Positions 28,887-38,882 of a stretch of 64,000 nt of DNA are shown in pieces; within the stretch, counting starts at the first letter, position 1, and each line of letters begins with the position of its first letter. The translations under genes and the position numbers were made by a program. This stretch comes from a virus, in the IMG/VR virus record IMGVR_UViG_3300033489_000004, positions 39,403-103,402 of that record; one strand, 5' to 3'. Under the pieces are notes generated by a model. That model was not told the origin of the DNA, did no database searches, and saw only the letters and a list, made by a program, of their open reading frames with translations.

Positions 28887-30061
28887 ACTCTAAACTCCTT
28901 ACTAGCTGCTATGAACTGATGGATTACGTTCGTCTCAATGAGGTTTATATCTTCTGTAGCTACTTTATCAAAATGCTTAACACATTTTCCATAGTAAAAC
29001 GCTACAAATAACTTTAAAATTTCTTGACTTAACTCTGCATTATCACTTTTATTATACAGCATTATGAATTGAAATACAATAGTAGGCCATAGTTTATCCA
29101 TCATAGAAAGCATTAACTCCGTAGACTCCAAATTTAAGAAAGTTTCTGTTATTTTTTTAAAATGACTTAAAGTTTTTTCAAGTATACTCATTATTGATAG
29201 TACTGTCAAGGTTACATCCGGTTTTCTCTTATCTACAGCAAATACATCTATTGGCACACCCATAAATTTTGGTATTTCCCTAGGGTACCCAGTTTCCTTC
29301 CACTTATCTTTATTATCTAGAATAATATTAAACAAAGTATCCGCCACTTCCATAAACATCTTACCTAAATCTGTGGGAGCTTTTTCATCATGTATTTTGT
29401 TGCCCAAAGCTGCCTGGTTCATACTAAATGCATCTAATATAGCTGTGGAGGTTAACCAGATATCTATTCCAAATTTAGCTATTTTTGTTGACCACACATT
29501 TTGTTTTAGACAATGCTCAACAAATTTCTGTGAAAAAGAAAAATCTCCCCCAATGGGTTGCTGTAAATCTCTTTTAAATAGCGCATTTATAAGAGGTCTT
29601 ACGAATAGTCTTGTTATAGTAGCATCATACTTGTTTCGGTAGTAAATTGGAGTTACCATATCCACATTACGGCTTAAAATGGGCTCTACAAGATTAAATA
29701 CCCAGTCTGGTGTAATACTTCTTAAATCAGCATCTACTGTTACAATAGCTTTTGCCCCTAGCCTTTTAGAAATCTCAAATATTTCTCTTATTGCAGAGCC
29801 CTTGCCTGGAATTCCTATATACTTAGTAACTATCTTATCCGATATAGTTAGCAAATTGTTAGCTACACAATAGGTTGAATCAAAAGAGTTTCCGTCAGAT
29901 ACTACGATTACACTTTTTTTTGTTGCATAATATTTTATTAAACCCTCATCAACAGCATTAATAACATTGGATATAGTATCTTTATTGTTAAAGCTGGGTA
30001 TGCCAATTACAATATCACAGTTTTTTATGCGATTTATTTGTTTAATATTATCAGCATCCAT
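28883..30061 (-). CDS. glucosylglycerate/mannosylglycerate synthase-like glycosyltransferase
   Basis: VIGIPSFNN, GKGSA, DADLRSI.P.W, P.Y.R.KYDATIT, QPIGGDF, FGIDIW.T. Confidence 0.75.
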   Translation of the reverse strand: MDADNIKQINRIKNCDIVIGIPSFNNKDTISNVINAVDEGLIKYYATKKSVIVVSDGNSFDSTYCVANNLLTISDKIVTKYIGIPGKGSAIREIFEISKRLGAKAIVTVDADLRSITPDWVFNLVEPILSRNVDMVTPIYYRNKYDATITRLFVRPLINALFKRDLQQPIGGDFSFSQKFVEHCLKQNVWSTKIAKFGIDIWLTSTAILDAFSMNQAALGNKIHDEKAPTDLGKMFMEVADTLFNIILDNKDKWKETGYPREIPKFMGVPIDVFAVDKRKPDVTLTVLSIMSILEKTLSHFKKITETFLNLESTELMLSMMDKLWPTIVFQFIMLYNKSDNAELSQEILKLFVAFYYGKCVKHFDKVATEDINLIETNVIHQFIAASKEFRV

Positions 30062-30062
30062 T

Positions 30063-30548
30063 TTAATCTCCTAAATAATAAAACCATTTCTTTAGTATGT
30101 CAAATCCTTTAAGGGCTTCCTCTAGCATTTTAGTTTCTTCAGTATGTGCTTTTACTAAAGCTTTCTTATCCCTATAGTCTACATTGTCATAAACTGTCTC
30201 GACATTGTTTACTTTAGCAAAATATTTAGATATTTGCTCTAGTATCTCTGTCCATTCTTCATCTGTTGTCCCGTTACCAGGGTATGCCATATGATTATCT
30301 TTAAGATATTCAGTACTTTCACTAATTATCTTAGCTAGGTAATAACATAAATTCCAACAGTCATAAGGGCTCCACCCATACCTACCTCTCTGTATAAACC
30401 ACTTTATTTGTCTGTAGTGAGATTTTATATCAAATAGCCCAATAGCTTTTCTTCTAATACTATAATATACCTTTTCCCACATTGGAGTCTTATCTAATCT
30501 ATCCATAACTTCTTCTAGAGTACGGCCTTTTTCTTCCTTACTTTTCAT
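30063..30548 (-). CDS. conserved phage protein
   Basis: WFIQRG..GWS..D.WNL..YL...EEW..IL. Confidence 0.7.
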   Translation of the reverse strand: MKSKEEKGRTLEEVMDRLDKTPMWEKVYYSIRRKAIGLFDIKSHYRQIKWFIQRGRYGWSPYDCWNLCYYLAKIISESTEYLKDNHMAYPGNGTTDEEWTEILEQISKYFAKVNNVETVYDNVDYRDKKALVKAHTEETKMLEEALKGFDILKKWFYYLGD

Positions 30549-30840
30549 TAGGACACCCCCAAACTTCGTAAATACCTTCCTTATTTATTTCTACTTTAAG
30601 TGTAATTTCTCCTGGCTTTGGTGGAGTATAGTTCTCTATAATCCATTGTTTAAATAGAGTTTCTTTAATAATATTTAGTTTTTGTAACGCTCCTCCTGCT
30701 GTTTCCCCATCAGCACAAAAAAGCAAACTCCCTAATTCAGGCATATATGCCATATATCCCCCACCTTCTTGTTCAGATATTTTATTAACAACTATAAGAT
30801 ATGGAAGATTCGTATAGTAGTCTAACCTACCTATTTTCGT
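30538..30840 (-). CDS. orphan HicB-like antitoxin (frame open upstream of ATG 30753; probable non-AUG start)
   Basis: LDYYTNLPY.I.V.....EGGGY.AY.PELG....ADGET...AL...PP.P. Confidence 0.65.
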   Translation of the reverse strand, partial: TKIGRLDYYTNLPYLIVVNKISEQEGGGYMAYMPELGSLLFCADGETAGGALQKLNIIKETLFKQWIIENYTPPKPGEITLKVEINKEGIYEVWGCPNEK

Positions 30841-31168
30841 CGTAATCTCCTGCTAATGTTTTAGGTTTTTTACTTGCTCTGTGGTCATCAATAATCATCC
30901 ACATAAGGTTTTCACACTCCGTTTTTCTATTACATCTTGGAGGACATAGTTTACAATCTTTGCAATAATATCTAAGATTGATTGTCATTAAAATATCTTC
31001 CTCACTTAACTCAATAAAAGCTTTTTCTAGATGGTTCATATGTTCTAATGTTTTAGTTTCTAAATCTTTACAAAATTTGGCTAAGATGCAAACACCACAG
31101 TTTCTATGGGCACCACAATATTCTATAAGATATCTCAAATGTTCTACATTAACCAAATCTACGTTCAT
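30827..31168 (-). CDS. Cys-rich hypothetical protein with an internal repeat
   Basis: two LRY..C..C..C...C.L units. Confidence 0.55.
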   Translation of the reverse strand: MNVDLVNVEHLRYLIEYCGAHRNCGVCILAKFCKDLETKTLEHMNHLEKAFIELSEEDILMTINLRYYCKDCKLCPPRCNRKTECENLMWMIIDDHRASKKPKTLAGDYDENR

Positions 31169-31480
31169 TTTTGTCTCCTTAAATATCTAAATCTATCCCA
31201 GTATCTACAAGATATCCAGTAACACCAACCCCACATTCTTCAATTACCTTAAAATCAATATGTACATCAAGCACAAGAATCCCTGTCCTTCTTGTAAATT
31301 TGTTATTTTTTTTCTTGAATAAAACTAGAAATTTCTTTAGATAACTCTTCCCTTTTCTTTACAAGTTCATCTACTTCCACTGTTCTCCTCCAAAATAAAA
31401 ATTACTGTCTTCTAGTAATATTGTAACATATTTCCTGTAAAAATACTAGCTTTTATATTCCAATTTTTAAATAAAATAAT

Positions 31481-31567
31481 GTGGCACAGTCAGGACTCGA
31501 ACCTGATTTCCATGCTGGAATCGAACCAGTCTGCCTTCATCAAAGCTGCAACCATGCTCTGTGCCAC
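31481..31567 (-). ncRNA. tRNA-like RNA with two T-loop hairpins
   Basis: terminal stem GTGGCACAG/CTGTGCCAC; CTGG-TTCGATT-CCAG and TCAGG-TTCGAGT-CCTGA; TGnTATAAT promoter directly upstream (31574-31582). Confidence 0.6.
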
Positions 31568-31604
31568 ATTTTTATTATAACATATTCAACTAGTTTTAAC
31601 AACT

Positions 31605-32111
31605 CTAAATACCTAGCTTATTCCAAGTTTCCTCATCTACTATTCCATCTGCTTTTAAACCAATAGACCCTTTATATCTAGCTACCACTCTTTTAGTTCT
31701 AGGACCGAAACTTCCATCTACTGCTAAAGGATATTTATGTTTTCTAAGAGCCGTCTGTATCTCTCGTACTACTTGTCCTTCATATCCATATCCAATAGGT
31801 TCTGTATATTCAAACTTAAACTCTTTATTCGGGGGTTTCCAGTTTTTCATAGCTGTTCTTGTTCGCTTATCTACTTTTCCAGTTACTTCTAGTCCTGCCT
31901 CTTCTTGAAACTGTTTTATTCTATTTTCGGTGTCTAAACTATAAATCCCACTCTCGTTGACATAGTATCCAAGCTTATTAAGAAGTTTTTGAATCTCCTT
32001 TACCGCTTCCCCCCCTACCCCTCGCTCTAATATAGTGTTAATTTCTTTTGCACTTCCTACAGTATTCTTTTTAGTTATTCCAACTTCTTTATTTTTTCTC
32101 TTCTTTGTCAT
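31605..32111 (-). CDS. peptidoglycan-binding protein (two PG_binding_1 domains, no catalytic domain)
   Basis: G.AVKEIQ.LL..LGY...GIY...T...I..FQ; DGSFGP.T...GL.ADGIV...TW. Confidence 0.85.
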   Translation of the reverse strand: MTKKRKNKEVGITKKNTVGSAKEINTILERGVGGEAVKEIQKLLNKLGYYVNESGIYSLDTENRIKQFQEEAGLEVTGKVDKRTRTAMKNWKPPNKEFKFEYTEPIGYGYEGQVVREIQTALRKHKYPLAVDGSFGPRTKRVVARYKGSIGLKADGIVDEETWNKLGI

Positions 32112-32128
32112 TAGTCCTCCTAGTAATA

Positions 32129-33055
32129 TTATCTAAGATATACTTGATTTACAGATACTCTCGGATCTCCGGCAATAGGTCCAACAACCAAATGTAAAGA
32201 AAAATTTCCTATATCTTGAGGAAACTCAACTTCAACTGGTCTGTTGTCTTTTTCAATGGGTGTCCAGAATGACCAGGAAATTGTTCTCTTCTTATCTTTG
32301 GCAGCTATAACATACTTATAACTTCCGGCCACACCATCTTTATCCAAACGTACCGTCATAAATACTCTAGCTATTCCTAGCTTTCCTAAATCTCCTGTAG
32401 ATAGTCCGTCATACCAAAAATGTCGTCCGTCTTCCCTATCCTCTATTGTTGGTATTGCTTGAAATGACATATTATCATCCTCCTCAATATCTTGTTCTTG
32501 ATAATTTACTTTCAAATATTCGCATATTCCATTAACTAATCCCTTAGCATACTGTTCTCTCCAATCGGGGTTAAGTAATAGTCTTCTATCGTCTGGATCA
32601 CTGTGATTCATAATCTCTATAAGAGCTGCTGTAGAAAAATTCTTTAGTACCATCAAATCAGTTCTTAATCTACTAGCATAAAAAGGTACGTTAGCTACAG
32701 CACAAGCTTTCTTAGTTATTGTCTCTCCAAAATGTTTGCCTTCGGAAGTTCTATATAGCATAAGGCTTCCGGTATATCCACGACCATCATTATTCTTATT
32801 TCCGGCACTATCTGTATGAAAACTAAGAAATAGTTTAACACCATCTCTTTTTGCTCTTGCTATAGCGTCTCTAAGACCAGCAAGATTTCCTGATCCTGTT
32901 TTTTGATTACCTCCCCAGTAACTTCTGATGTCTAGCCCTTGTTTGTTGCCCAAACGGACAACTCTTTCTGCTATATCATTAGTTCCCACTGCCTCATTCC
33001 AATCTCCTGAAACATTAAATCCCTGTGAGCTGGCATTTAAAGCAATGATTGTCAT
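32129..33055 (-). CDS. N-acetylmuramoyl-L-alanine amidase (Amidase_3) endolysin
   Basis: NEA, FLSFHTD, DLMVLK, AALIE..NHS..DD; start at MTIIAL after GAGGAG. Confidence 0.75.
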   Translation of the reverse strand: MTIIALNASSQGFNVSGDWNEAVGTNDIAERVVRLGNKQGLDIRSYWGGNQKTGSGNLAGLRDAIARAKRDGVKLFLSFHTDSAGNKNNDGRGYTGSLMLYRTSEGKHFGETITKKACAVANVPFYASRLRTDLMVLKNFSTAALIEIMNHSDPDDRRLLLNPDWREQYAKGLVNGICEYLKVNYQEQDIEEDDNMSFQAIPTIEDREDGRHFWYDGLSTGDLGKLGIARVFMTVRLDKDGVAGSYKYVIAAKDKKRTISWSFWTPIEKDNRPVEVEFPQDIGNFSLHLVVGPIAGDPRVSVNQVYLR

Positions 33056-33721
33056 ATTAAACATCTCCTCTCTTTTGTGCAAAACATACAAGCTATGAGT
33101 TTGCACTGTTTTCAAATAACTGTAAATTCTCTATAACTACAATTTGGATGTGTGCCATAGGCATCCTTATCAAGGATTAAGATAGCTACTTTTTCTAAAT
33201 CATATTCCTCATCAATTAAATCATAGACAGTAGCTTTAATTGAAGCCTCTTTTATGTGTTTAGTACACCATGCCTTTACATTTTTTCTATCTGTACAAAA
33301 ATCTGCAATATGTATAGGTATTCTCTTTTTACATCCTTCATGCTCACATAGTGCTTCATAGCAATCACACACAATATCTCCTTTCTTTTAATGTTATATT
33401 ACTTCTGCTACACAGTAACTTCCACCCATATAATAAAAACCATGTTTAAAAACTTCTTCAAAACTACCGAAATTCTCAAAAGTTTGATTAACATGAATAC
33501 TTTTTTAATTTTCAACCCAATATTTCTTTTCCTCGTTCATATATCCCAGATGGTTCATGAAAAACATTATACCGCATATTTCTTTCTCTTAAAACTCTTT
33601 GTGCTTCCCATCTTGACTGATATAGCCAGGGGTTACTATCTAACTCACCATCTAATTTAACATAATGCCATTTTCCAAAAGCCCATGTCACAAGCACAAA
33701 CGACATCTCAACCTCACTTTA

Positions 33722-33943
33722 TTAATCTTTGTCAACTTTATCACAGTTTTTTTCTATCTGTTCTCGTCTTTTGGTACTTGCATAGAATCCACTTCCCTTA
33801 AAGATTATTGAGTTTAATAAAAATACCCTATTTATCTTATGTTTACACTCAGGACATTTAGGATGTTTGGCCGCCTTACCGAAAGGATAGTCCAGTATAA
33901 AGTTATTTTTGCACTTATTACAATAATATTCATACTTACTCAC
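33722..33943 (-). CDS. FmdB-family zinc-ribbon protein
   Basis: YEYYC..C...CPEC...R.....IIFKGSGFY. Confidence 0.85.
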   Translation of the reverse strand: MSKYEYYCNKCKNNFILDYPFGKAAKHPKCPECKHKINRVFLLNSIIFKGSGFYASTKRREQIEKNCDKVDKD

Positions 33944-34215
33944 TTAAATCTCTCCTATTTAATAATTTTTCTTCGGAAATTTTTATCACATACAGTACAA
34001 TAGTATATAGTCTTACTCTTTTTTGTTTTTCGTTTTCTTATTTGCTGCTTATTGCATATAGGGCATTTAACCATTTACGTCCTCCAGCTCTTCACGCCAC
34101 CAACTACAATCTTCCTTATAGTCTATTAGACAATCATAGTATAGCACACATTCCTTACATACAAGATCTCCGTACCTATTACTATCTTGTAAACTCATTA
34201 CTCTCCCTTCTCTTT

Positions 34216-35373
34216 CTACCTCTGTCCTTTACGACCTAAGTCACATGGATATAAAAAACTTAAGGGCCTTTTTTTATTAACACCAAAAACAAGCTGCATT
34301 GGATCTGATTCTGAAGCCAACTCTTCAGAAAACTCGTCCATACCTGTAAGTGACCCTCCACGGAAAACTGGTATTGTGCTTACATCAAAAAGACCATAAT
34401 GGTGCCAATGACCATAAGCAAAAGCATTAAATTGATGGTGCTTATACCAGCCTAAAAATTTAGACTTACCCGCAGGGGTTTCCGGCTGCACAGGAGCATA
34501 GTGTCTAATGTGAAACTTCCATCCCTGCACCTTAAAATTTAGATAGTCTAATTGGGAATACTCAAGGGATACGTTTTTATTCCCCAATGACCTCATCCAA
34601 AAATCCAGCACCAAAAAAACCATTATATCCCAATTAGCAAGAGGATCTACCTCTTTGCCGCTCTCTCTTATCTCTCCATGATTCCCCTTTACCGCTTTTA
34701 TATCTACCGCTAATTTTCTTTCTAAAAGAGACAATACTAGTTGCTGTAAATATTTTATTACTACCATTACTTGAAACGGTGGGGCTAGTTCTGACTGTGT
34801 TTGTTGTGTTGCATATATTCCCATTCCATCCGGCAAATCTCCAGTTATCATAATTAGAGCATTTTTTATAGGTGTTCCCTGTCTAATATGTAAATCCAGA
34901 AGACTCAATATCTGATTAAAAAGCCAATTTATTCTTATTTGAGATATCTTTTCATCGTATATAATAGCTCCAAACTCATCTCGAATAACTTTTCCTACAT
35001 GCCAATCCGTTAAATGAATAATCATAGTATCCCCATTGACATGAATACTGTTTTTTTCTAACCTTTTATATGGCTTTGCTCCTTTTAATTCCCCCTTTAG
35101 GGCATCAGTAACAAGAAGAGCATTATGACTAACTTCTCTTTTATTTTTTTGTGGGTTAAATAGCTCTTCTGTACTATCTATTTCAGTTTCCCTATGTACT
35201 ATATATCCTTTCTCCTGTATATGGTCAAGCCTATTTTTGATAGAATTCCTAGTAAACCCTAACCCAAACCTACCTGCCATCTCCTCTGCTATTTTTCTTT
35301 GGGTTAGTTTTTCCTTTGCTAGTTCGAGTAAAACTTTATCAAAACGGGGGTCAGCTTCCCAACCTATATGCAT
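34216..35373 (-). CDS. phage metallophosphoesterase with N-terminal HTH
   Basis: TDWHVG, ITGD, GNHG, GHWH, GGSL.G.DEF. Confidence 0.8.
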   Translation of the reverse strand: MHIGWEADPRFDKVLLELAKEKLTQRKIAEEMAGRFGLGFTRNSIKNRLDHIQEKGYIVHRETEIDSTEELFNPQKNKREVSHNALLVTDALKGELKGAKPYKRLEKNSIHVNGDTMIIHLTDWHVGKVIRDEFGAIIYDEKISQIRINWLFNQILSLLDLHIRQGTPIKNALIMITGDLPDGMGIYATQQTQSELAPPFQVMVVIKYLQQLVLSLLERKLAVDIKAVKGNHGEIRESGKEVDPLANWDIMVFLVLDFWMRSLGNKNVSLEYSQLDYLNFKVQGWKFHIRHYAPVQPETPAGKSKFLGWYKHHQFNAFAYGHWHHYGLFDVSTIPVFRGGSLTGMDEFSEELASESDPMQLVFGVNKKRPLSFLYPCDLGRKGQR

Positions 35374-35568
35374 AATATTCCTTTCTTTTAAACATCTTGT
35401 TCTGGAGGATTTTCTTGAATATAGTCATATATATTGTCTACATGAATATATTCTTCTGCTATTATTTGAAGAATATCCCCAGCAAGTTCCTCCGCAAAGT
35501 CTTCATTAATTAGAAAACTTCCTTCAGCATTATCAAAAGTCAGTTTTTCTATAAGAAACTTTTTTATT

Positions 35569-36501
35569 CTATCCTTCATTATTCTCCTTAAATAGCTCCT
35601 TTTCTAGATAGTTTTTGTAAGCCTGGGGTATTCTGCCACATATCATCCTGCTTATTTGTTTCCAATATTTATCAAATAGCATTTCTTTAATTTCCTCCTT
35701 TGCCTCAGAATAAATATCTTTTGGAATATGCTTAAGTAGATTTCCTATGTCTCGTGGACTTCCATCATAAGTACCATCTTCCCTAAGATGCTGAATAGAT
35801 TTCCTTAAACGAGCTTCATTAAAGTATTTTTCTACAATCTTTTCTTCTAATGATGTCGTATTACTTGACTTCCGCTTATCTCGATGGTCTTCCTTAAACT
35901 CTTGTGACACTATTTTAGCAAATATAGGCCGACCAAATTGATTTAGTTGGTTATAGTTTTTTATAACTATTCCCTCAATTTTTGTTCCCCCCATAAAACT
36001 CTGAGTATCTAACAACTTATCCAGTTGCTCTCTAGACCCTATTTTTCCTTTATACAACACAGGTACAAGTGGAACCCCTAATTCTAAAGATAGTTTTGAT
36101 AGCTCGTGTTCTTGAAACTCGGCACTAACAAAATCTAGTCCATATTCTTCTATCCTACCCACATTAAATAAAACAATTGGAAAAGTATTTTTATATTTTA
36201 GTACGTTATGGTTTTGGCACATTTCTCCAAATAGTGTAGTTCCACTGGGCAATAGTTTTAACAATTTTTCTTCTTTTTCTTTAACCCAATTAGTAAAAGG
36301 AGTAAACATTTTAGCATCCGGCACATCAGAATCTAAAGATAACTCTCTTTTATGACTACCGACTCTAAGTTTTCCATTATCATTCATTACCCGACAGTTA
36401 CATCCGTCACATTTTTCAGTAACTTCTACCTGGTCTTTAAATATCTCCTCAGTACCCCTTTGACCAAGAACCATTATCTTAGGATAGGTAGAAAAATTCA
36501 T
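35569..36501 (-). CDS. RNA ligase (Rnl2 family)
   Basis: TEKCDG.N, FGE, VPVLY.G, EGIVIK, AKIV..EFKE. Confidence 0.85.
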   Translation of the reverse strand: MNFSTYPKIMVLGQRGTEEIFKDQVEVTEKCDGCNCRVMNDNGKLRVGSHKRELSLDSDVPDAKMFTPFTNWVKEKEEKLLKLLPSGTTLFGEMCQNHNVLKYKNTFPIVLFNVGRIEEYGLDFVSAEFQEHELSKLSLELGVPLVPVLYKGKIGSREQLDKLLDTQSFMGGTKIEGIVIKNYNQLNQFGRPIFAKIVSQEFKEDHRDKRKSSNTTSLEEKIVEKYFNEARLRKSIQHLREDGTYDGSPRDIGNLLKHIPKDIYSEAKEEIKEMLFDKYWKQISRMICGRIPQAYKNYLEKELFKENNEG

Positions 36502-37066
36502 TTTAATTACCTCCCAACAATTCCAGAAAACTTTGCTTTTGAACAATGTTTTCCAATATAACCCTGTTTAATACAAATAGCAATACAAGAAGAGCAATCG
36601 ACTGTTTCTGGCCTTCCCTCTATTTCTGCTATTAGCCTTTGTAATTTAACTCTTTCTTTTTTAAGCACTTTTTGTTCTTCTGCTAAAGTAGATATAGTAT
36701 AAGAGTTTCTTCCTAATTTCGTTGTTACTGCTACCAATTCTTTTTGTAAAACAGAAGATATTTTTTCAGATACCTTCTTACTTATATTCATTAAACTTCC
36801 TCGGCAGTATCAACAAAGTCTAATATCATATTAATTATTGTATCTTTACTGTACTTACTTAATTCTTTATACATACTTTCTCTTGAAATACTTCCCAAAT
36901 AGTCATCATAATCAACTGTGGAATATTTTAAATCCTTTATTTGTAAGTACCCCCCAAAGTATCCAAGCTTTATTTTTGATTCTAGTTGTAGAGATTTAGC
37001 TTTTCCACACATAATATTTACTCCTCATCAATACTCCTTTATGCTAACAAAAGTTAAGTTAGCAAA

Positions 37067-37795
37067 CTATTTTTCTTTTATCTCTTCTATTATACCATCT
37101 AATATATATTCTTGCAATACTTTTTTTGTCATTGCGTGAAGCTGTAAAGATGTCCATGACCATTGCTGTATTTCTCTTTTATGGCACTCGATTGCAAATC
37201 CGGGGTCCTCACCTTGCTGATGATATTGATATCTTACCCCACTTAAATACACTTTTTTACTCATAAGAGCTACCGCTCCCGTCATGTCCACAGGTATTAG
37301 TACGTTTCTAATAATTGGCTGTATATGTTTGAAATGATTTTTTTGGGCTCCCCTTAAATTCATTATGTTTCCAATATGGTTTGGTTTATCTTTTCTAGCG
37401 AAGTGCAAGTCATTCCAAACTAAGGCCCCAATAAAATCCTTTTCAAAGCTCAAAAGATTTTTAACAATTTCAGGGACTACTAACACATCACTATCCAAAC
37501 TAAACATATAATCAAAATCATTGTCTCTGAAAGCTATGTCCAACATCTTGTTTCTTATCTTAACAAGACTATGATATCTTCCACTTGTGCGCTCTGCCGT
37601 GGACTCTACTTCATTGTATTCATAGACTTCCCCATATTCCTCCAACAAGGCAATAATGCTCTTATCATTATTATTTGATAAAAATATTGTTTCCTTGTTA
37701 GGATAGTCTATTTTAGATATAGCTCTAAGAAAATAGGACAACAACCATTTTTTGTTGTGAATAGGCGACATAATCACAATTCTAGGATATCCCAT
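37067..37795 (-). CDS. GT-A glycosyltransferase
   Basis: IRN, FSLDSDV, VDMTGA..L, GED.GF. Confidence 0.8.
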   Translation of the reverse strand: MGYPRIVIMSPIHNKKWLLSYFLRAISKIDYPNKETIFLSNNNDKSIIALLEEYGEVYEYNEVESTAERTSGRYHSLVKIRNKMLDIAFRDNDFDYMFSLDSDVLVVPEIVKNLLSFEKDFIGALVWNDLHFARKDKPNHIGNIMNLRGAQKNHFKHIQPIIRNVLIPVDMTGAVALMSKKVYLSGVRYQYHQQGEDPGFAIECHKREIQQWSWTSLQLHAMTKKVLQEYILDGIIEEIKEK

Positions 37796-37938
37796 CTGTG
37801 CTAACCGTCTTTCTATTGGTTAACAGTTGTTAACCATCTATACCAATTTTCATTATTTCTATCCTACCATCTGGAAATACAAATCTTATTAGTAACATAT
37901 TCTTGATACAGTTGTTCTTTATTTAGCAATATGTCCAT

Positions 37939-38532
37939 TTAGATTCCTTTTATTATTTTAATAGATTTCTGTGAAGCTAAATAGTCTGACATAGCTAGGA
38001 TATCTGCTAATCTTCTTAATTCAGGATTTAAAAATCCCGAAATAGGGCAAGATTTTTCAGCCCAATGGCTCATATGGACCATACATAGCATAGAAATGAT
38101 ATTAGACCCTCTAAAAGAATTTTTTCCTATTATCTCTGCTGATAATATTGGATGTATATCTGCTCTTGAATTATCTCTTGACCATCCTGTAGCGTCATAG
38201 TATTTCCATTTCTCCCCCTCAATAATTGCTGTCCCCAATTTTGCACTGACATTCCCTTTTTCCACCAATCTGCTGTTTCCTATATCGTGTAAGAGTGCAG
38301 CAGACTTCAATAAATCAGCTTCATTAGATAAGACACTAAATTCCCTTATATGCATTTCTACAAAAGCAAATGTTTCTATGAGATGATCTTCCATTGTCTC
38401 ACCTTGATGGTGCTTTCCACTCACAGAGGCAGGGGCCTCTTTTATTGTTTCATAATGTTGATCTATAATCTTTTTGGTTCCTAATCTTATGACAGGATTT
38501 TCTATTCTATCAATACATACATAAATACTCAT
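37939..38532 (-). CDS. HD-domain hydrolase
   Basis: PAS.SGKHH, H, AALLHDIG, HP, HM, DYLAS. Confidence 0.8.
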   Translation of the reverse strand: MSIYVCIDRIENPVIRLGTKKIIDQHYETIKEAPASVSGKHHQGETMEDHLIETFAFVEMHIREFSVLSNEADLLKSAALLHDIGNSRLVEKGNVSAKLGTAIIEGEKWKYYDATGWSRDNSRADIHPILSAEIIGKNSFRGSNIISMLCMVHMSHWAEKSCPISGFLNPELRRLADILAMSDYLASQKSIKIIKGI

Positions 38533-38882
38533 TGATTCTCCTTAGCTGCCCAATATGCTATCATATTTTGGAAACTTTTATTCTCTGTTAATTCTGGAAG
38601 CATAATTGGAACTACTTTTTTATTTAAAGCAAAAGCCATTCCTAAGTCAAATAAAAATCCCTGGCTTTTTCCGTCCCAAAAAAGATGTATTGCATCTGCC
38701 TCGATTAAAGCTTTTTTGTTATCCTGACATATTCTTAATCCTATAATATCCTTTTGGTTTGTATCTCTTGCAGGATAGTAAACAAAATATCCACAGTTTT
38801 CCAGTGTCTTTATATGCTTATTTATTTTTTCCCTTATTTCTTTTGTAGCATTTCTTACAGGACAAATTATAAATATTTTCAT
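38529..38882 (-). CDS. nucleoside 2-deoxyribosyltransferase-like protein
   Basis: FIICPVR, YYPARDT.Q, S.G.LFDLGMA. Confidence 0.75.
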   Translation of the reverse strand: MKIFIICPVRNATKEIREKINKHIKTLENCGYFVYYPARDTNQKDIIGLRICQDNKKALIEADAIHLFWDGKSQGFLFDLGMAFALNKKVVPIMLPELTENKSFQNMIAYWAAKENQ

